From an uncultured virus (IMG/VR IMGVR_UViG_3300025769_000102) (lineage: Duplodnaviria; Heunggongvirae; Uroviricota; Caudoviricetes): a stretch of DNA of 20,000 bases. The stretch lies in the IMG/VR virus record IMGVR_UViG_3300025769_000102; one strand, written 5' to 3'. Below, in pieces: positions 16,788 to 20,000 of this stretch (positions are counted from its first letter, which is position 1; the number at the start of each line of letters is the position of its first letter). The notes beneath the pieces are model-generated. The model searched no databases and had not been told where the DNA came from. It was given only the letters and a program-made list of their open reading frames with translations. The position numbers and the translations under genes were made by a program.

Positions 16788-17048
16788 TTACTTTTTTACT
16801 CTATTCTTTGCAACGTGCAGCATTCTTTCTTCTAATTTAGATACCCTTATCGTTAACTCAAGTATAGTTTGATTAGCTTCTTTCAGCTCATCCTCTAGTT
16901 CTTCTATTCTTTTTTGCTTGTAGCTATTATGGCTTGAGGACACAGAATGGTTAATATCCATCTTCTTTTTTATGATGTTCCAAACCTCTTTAATCCCAAA
17001 CGCACCAGCTAAACCACTTACTATTAATATAAGGCTCTCGCTATCCAT
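16788..17048 (-). CDS. Membrane-anchored coiled-coil protein (holin / spanin-like), 86 aa
   Basis: N-terminal hydrophobic helix LILIVSGLAGAFGI, then a heptad coiled coil RIEELEDELKEANQTILELTIRVSKLEER. Confidence 0.6.
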   Translation of the reverse strand: MDSESLILIVSGLAGAFGIKEVWNIIKKKMDINHSVSSSHNSYKQKRIEELEDELKEANQTILELTIRVSKLEERMLHVAKNRVKK

Positions 17049-17112
17049 ATGCTTTTGTTTTTATTGTTTATGTCATAGAGTAGATTTAATTAGATAAAGT
17101 TGCTTTGTTGTT

Positions 17113-17310
17113 TTATAGTTCTTCGTTGACTATTGGCATAGCTTCCACCTCTTCCATTTCTGAAAGGTAATTACTATTTTTAATAATATACCAAAATCCA
17201 TCTGCTTCGTAAGGCTCTGCCCATTGAGTAGTTGTTCCGATATAATTCTGTCCTGCTGTTACAAATGCGTTGTAAGCATCGCACTCTGTTTTTGTTCCTT
17301 TATAATACAT
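17113..17310 (-). CDS. Small hypothetical protein after the receptor-binding protein (possible fibre accessory/chaperone), 65 aa
   Basis: TAATG-coupled to the upstream gene; function inferred from position only. Confidence 0.6.
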   Translation of the reverse strand: MYYKGTKTECDAYNAFVTAGQNYIGTTTQWAEPYEADGFWYIIKNSNYLSEMEEVEAMPIVNEEL

Positions 17311-18209
17311 TATGGATAAATTGTGTAATGGTTATTTATGTTAGTTTCAATTTCTACTCTGTTAGCTGTTTGGTCGGATGGGTAAAGAATTATTTCTGAA
17401 ACCTGCCCAACTAAACTCCAAACATTTGCATATCTTGCAAAAACATTTATTTTTGAAGTTCCTGTTTGAGGAATAAATCCTGTAACTCCTCCACCTGAAA
17501 CCCCATTGAGAAAAACCTCTGAGTTTGTGCTATTCAATAATGACGTAAAAACTACATCGCTATTCGCTGTGTAAGGTGCAGTTGCATTAGATGCAGGGTC
17601 ATTATTTCTTGACAAAGCAATTCCAGTATTAAACGCAATAGGAAAAAATAAATTTGTACCCCCATCTACATAACTTACTCCTGCTTGTAGGCCTGACGCA
17701 CTTGAGTTTAAAACAGAAAAAGATGACCTTTCCCCTAAATCTCCAACCACAGGAACGCTATTGCTATCTGTATACATCGCTTTACCAACAGAACCCAATA
17801 TTGTAGGCTTTCCATTCAATGTAACTACTGAACCTAAATCAACAATTTGTGGCTGTTGGGCAGCAAATGGTTGTAATGCGTCATATCCACCACCACTTTG
17901 GTCATACCACTTGCTTACAAATCCATCTCCTGCGCCTACAAATGCAAGCAAAGAAGCAGTGTCTAATTCATTACCTACAAAACCAATGTCTTGCTCTGTA
18001 TTGTCTGAACTTCGTCTTACCTTAATCGCTGAACCCGTATAAGCAGTTCTTAGCTTTCTCAAAGAATAAGCAGCCGCAGCGTTTGGATATAAGTCTAATA
18101 ATAAAGCACCACCTGCTTTTTCCCATACTAAGTTGCCACCAAGATAAACCTTGTTCACATCAGTTGCTCCAATCTTTACTGCACTTACATCGTTTGCTCC
18201 TAACTTCAT
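17310..18209 (-). CDS. Putative receptor-binding / lower fibre protein with concanavalin A-like (GH54 arabinofuranosidase-B-like) domain, 299 aa
   Basis: N-terminal adaptor KIGATDVNKVYLGGNLVWE, then AAAYSLRKLRTAYTGSAIKVRRSSDNTEQDIGF...GFVSKWYDQSG, which resembles the N-terminus of the AbfB catalytic-type beta-sandwich. C-terminal LamG-like 'GQVSEIILY'. Confidence 0.75.
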   Translation of the reverse strand: MKLGANDVSAVKIGATDVNKVYLGGNLVWEKAGGALLLDLYPNAAAAYSLRKLRTAYTGSAIKVRRSSDNTEQDIGFVGNELDTASLLAFVGAGDGFVSKWYDQSGGGYDALQPFAAQQPQIVDLGSVVTLNGKPTILGSVGKAMYTDSNSVPVVGDLGERSSFSVLNSSASGLQAGVSYVDGGTNLFFPIAFNTGIALSRNNDPASNATAPYTANSDVVFTSLLNSTNSEVFLNGVSGGGVTGFIPQTGTSKINVFARYANVWSLVGQVSEIILYPSDQTANRVEIETNINNHYTIYP

Positions 18210-18210
18210 A

Positions 18211-19608
18211 TTATATTATAAAATAAATTGTTGTTGCATCAGGTGTATCAATTGCATCATACTCAGCCTGCGTTACTGTTGTCAATGCATTTGTTGTATA
18301 TGTTGTTCCTATGTTCTTTTCAATCCTGTTACTAATTGCCGTAACATTCGTTGCAATATTACTTGTATTTGTAGCAATGTTGGAAGTGTTTGTTGAGATA
18401 TTACTTGCATTTGTAGAAACTCCGCTTGTGTTAGTTCCAATATTTGTTACATTGGTAGAAATCGCAATAACATTCGTTTCAATATTACTTGCATTTGTAG
18501 CTATATCTGAAGTAACTGTTGCAACAGGAATTGAATTAATCGTTCCAACTGTGGTTGCTCCTGTATTATCAATGGTTACATCTCCACTCATTGCAACAGA
18601 AACCGATTGATTAGATGCATTTCCTAAAAACATCTTTGCAGAATCTAAGTTAGGTGTTGCGTTTGCTCTACCTGCTCCTCCTACTTTTATAATTCCTGCA
18701 CTTGCGTGACTTCTAATAACTCTGCCAATGTTTTGGATATCTACTGCTTCTCCTGTTGGTGCTACATTTACCAACTCTCCTGCAACAGTACTAACATATA
18801 AAGTATCGCCTTCAGTAAATGCTGAAGTATTTAACCCTGAAAGATTCCCAAAGGTTACAACCTCACAAACTGCGTTGTTATTTGCATCTGCGAAAACTAA
18901 TCCGAAAGCAGGTCTTGACGCTACATCGTCAGCATCTGCTAAATCAACCAAAGTTTCATTACCACTAACTCCTGAAATTGCTACAACCTTGCCTTTTAAT
19001 AAAGTTGAACCACTTGCATTTTTTGCTTCAAACCTAATTGCTCCATTCAAATCCCCTATGAAGTCAGGCGAAGTAACAGAGCCTGTAAATGTTGCACCTG
19101 TTAAATCTGCCTTACCTGCTAATGCCGAAGTGTTAGCAGCAATGTTAGAAACATTTGTAGCAATGCCTGAAGTATTGGTTGCAATGTTGGTTGTATTCGT
19201 AGAAATATTTGTAACATTTGTTGCAATATCACTTGTATTTGTAGCAATATCTGTCGTGTTCGTAGAGATGTTATTAACATTCGTCGCTATTCCTGAAGTA
19301 TTAGTTGCAATGTCTGTTGTGTTCGTTCCAATGCTTGCAAGGTTAGCAGCAACTCCGCTTGTGTTGGTAGCGATATTTGTAACATTCGTAGCAATATCCG
19401 CTGCGTTAGTTGCAATGTTTGTTACGTTTGTCGCTATTCCGCTTGTATTTGTGGCAACATCCGCTTGCGTTGATGTCAATTCTGTTGCGTTATTATTTAC
19501 AACCGATTTAATTTCATTCGCATTGGTAAATGTCAATTTCTTGTTTTCAGGTAAAGCATTTGCTTGCCCTAAAATTTTATCGTCAAAGGTTATATTAGTA
19601 GTTGCCAT
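18211..19608 (-). CDS. Tail/whisker fibre with trimeric coiled-coil heptad repeats, 465 aa
   Basis: Two blocks of I-x-x-N-x-x-x heptads flank a beta-rich globular domain. C-terminal TVTQAEYDAIDTPDATTIYFI motif typical of upper-fibre adaptor ends. Confidence 0.8.
   Translation of the reverse strand: MATTNITFDDKILGQANALPENKKLTFTNANEIKSVVNNNATELTSTQADVATNTSGIATNVTNIATNAADIATNVTNIATNTSGVAANLASIGTNTTDIATNTSGIATNVNNISTNTTDIATNTSDIATNVTNISTNTTNIATNTSGIATNVSNIAANTSALAGKADLTGATFTGSVTSPDFIGDLNGAIRFEAKNASGSTLLKGKVVAISGVSGNETLVDLADADDVASRPAFGLVFADANNNAVCEVVTFGNLSGLNTSAFTEGDTLYVSTVAGELVNVAPTGEAVDIQNIGRVIRSHASAGIIKVGGAGRANATPNLDSAKMFLGNASNQSVSVAMSGDVTIDNTGATTVGTINSIPVATVTSDIATNASNIETNVIAISTNVTNIGTNTSGVSTNASNISTNTSNIATNTSNIATNVTAISNRIEKNIGTTYTTNALTTVTQAEYDAIDTPDATTIYFII
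18337..18504 (-). repeat. 8 x 21-bp degenerate tandem repeat (IATNASN-type heptads)
   Basis: Counted in the translation, from IATNASN to IATNVTA. Confidence 0.9.
19123..19458 (-). repeat. 16 x 21-bp degenerate tandem repeat (IATNTSG / IATNVTN heptads)
   Basis: Counted in the translation, aa 51-162 of the fibre. Confidence 0.9.
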
Positions 19609-20000
19609 TATACTTCGTATTTTTTGTTTATAGAATAAGTTGTTCCTTGTGAAGAATAGCTTTCAGTTCTATTGCTTCTTATGTATTCAGGTGTATTAAC
19701 CGCTAATTCAGGAATGTTTCCGTAGTTCTGTGTCAAGTAATTCTTAACTTGATTTTCGTAAAATACCTTACTTGCAGTTGCTTGCCTTTGCATATTTCCC
19801 AACTCGTCAGAACCTATTGAAGTTACTTCGTCTGTATCTCCGATGGAAATAGTTTCTGCTCCTATCTTGTATAACATTCTCGGCAAAGCCATAACATACG
19901 TTTGCCAAATAATCATCTTCATTACTGAAGCCTTATCGCTATCGTACAACTCTTGGTACAAACCTGTCAAGGTGTTTGAATTGTAATCGTTTCTCAGCTT
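19608..20000 (-). CDS. 5'-truncated virion protein, possibly a head-tail connector (DUF6712-like)
   Basis: The frame is open to the window edge (KLRNDYNSNTLTGLYQELY...), so the TTG at 19970 is not the true start. Helical pattern MIIWQTY..ALP....I...I...FYENQVKNYL..N...IPE recalls Bacteroidota phage connector proteins. Confidence 0.5.
   Translation of the reverse strand, partial: KLRNDYNSNTLTGLYQELYDSDKASVMKMIIWQTYVMALPRMLYKIGAETISIGDTDEVTSIGSDELGNMQRQATASKVFYENQVKNYLTQNYGNIPELAVNTPEYIRSNRTESYSSQGTTYSINKKYEV

Noticed and set aside
1078..16872. Other plus-strand ORFs (e.g. 1078-1590, 15148-15597, 16102-16449, 16504-16872) and short nested minus-strand ORFs (2377-2601, 10036-10269, 13194-13379)
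   Set aside because: They overlap well-supported genes and have shadow-ORF composition (S/F/L-rich) with no motifs.
19123..19458. 21-bp periodic repeats as a possible CRISPR array or DGR repeat
   Set aside because: Contiguous, degenerate and in-frame coding, with no unique spacers, no adenine-specific variant pair and no reverse transcriptase in the window.
18311..19633. Long plus-strand ORFs (301 aa and 99 aa) antisense to the fibre
   Set aside because: Mirror-frame products of the repetitive heptad coding sequence; all credible genes are on the minus strand.
1..20000. Stop-codon reassignment as in some crAss-like phages
   Set aside because: All large genes are intact in the standard code, and TAG is used as a real stop (12500, 16494).

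Overview
AT-rich, gene-dense segment of a tailed dsDNA phage with every credible gene on the minus strand. Read from the right end, it starts with a fibre module: a truncated putative head-tail connector, a heptad-repeat fibre, a ConA/GH54-like receptor-binding protein and small proteins. A phage groEL-groES pair and a winged-helix protein come next. These are followed by a cluster of small basic or low-complexity proteins interleaved with lysis-type genes (small holin-like ORF missed by the ORF track, M15 peptidase, 3TM-type holin) and a small HExxH zincin. Then come two small ORFs and a second co-chaperonin made of two GroES-like domains. The left half is the head module: small and large terminase, 801-aa portal, scaffold-like protein, major capsid protein, a conserved-position unknown, and a truncated ring/tail-tube-like protein. 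The layout and the lack of Shine-Dalgarno sites point to a Bacteroidota (probably Flavobacteria-type) podophage with a crAss-like head module; this is inference. The most notable signal is an apparently co-regulated phage chaperonin system: GroEL, GroES and a tandem double-GroES, with both gene groups preceded by a shared 25-bp motif. All family assignments come from motif recognition, not database searches.
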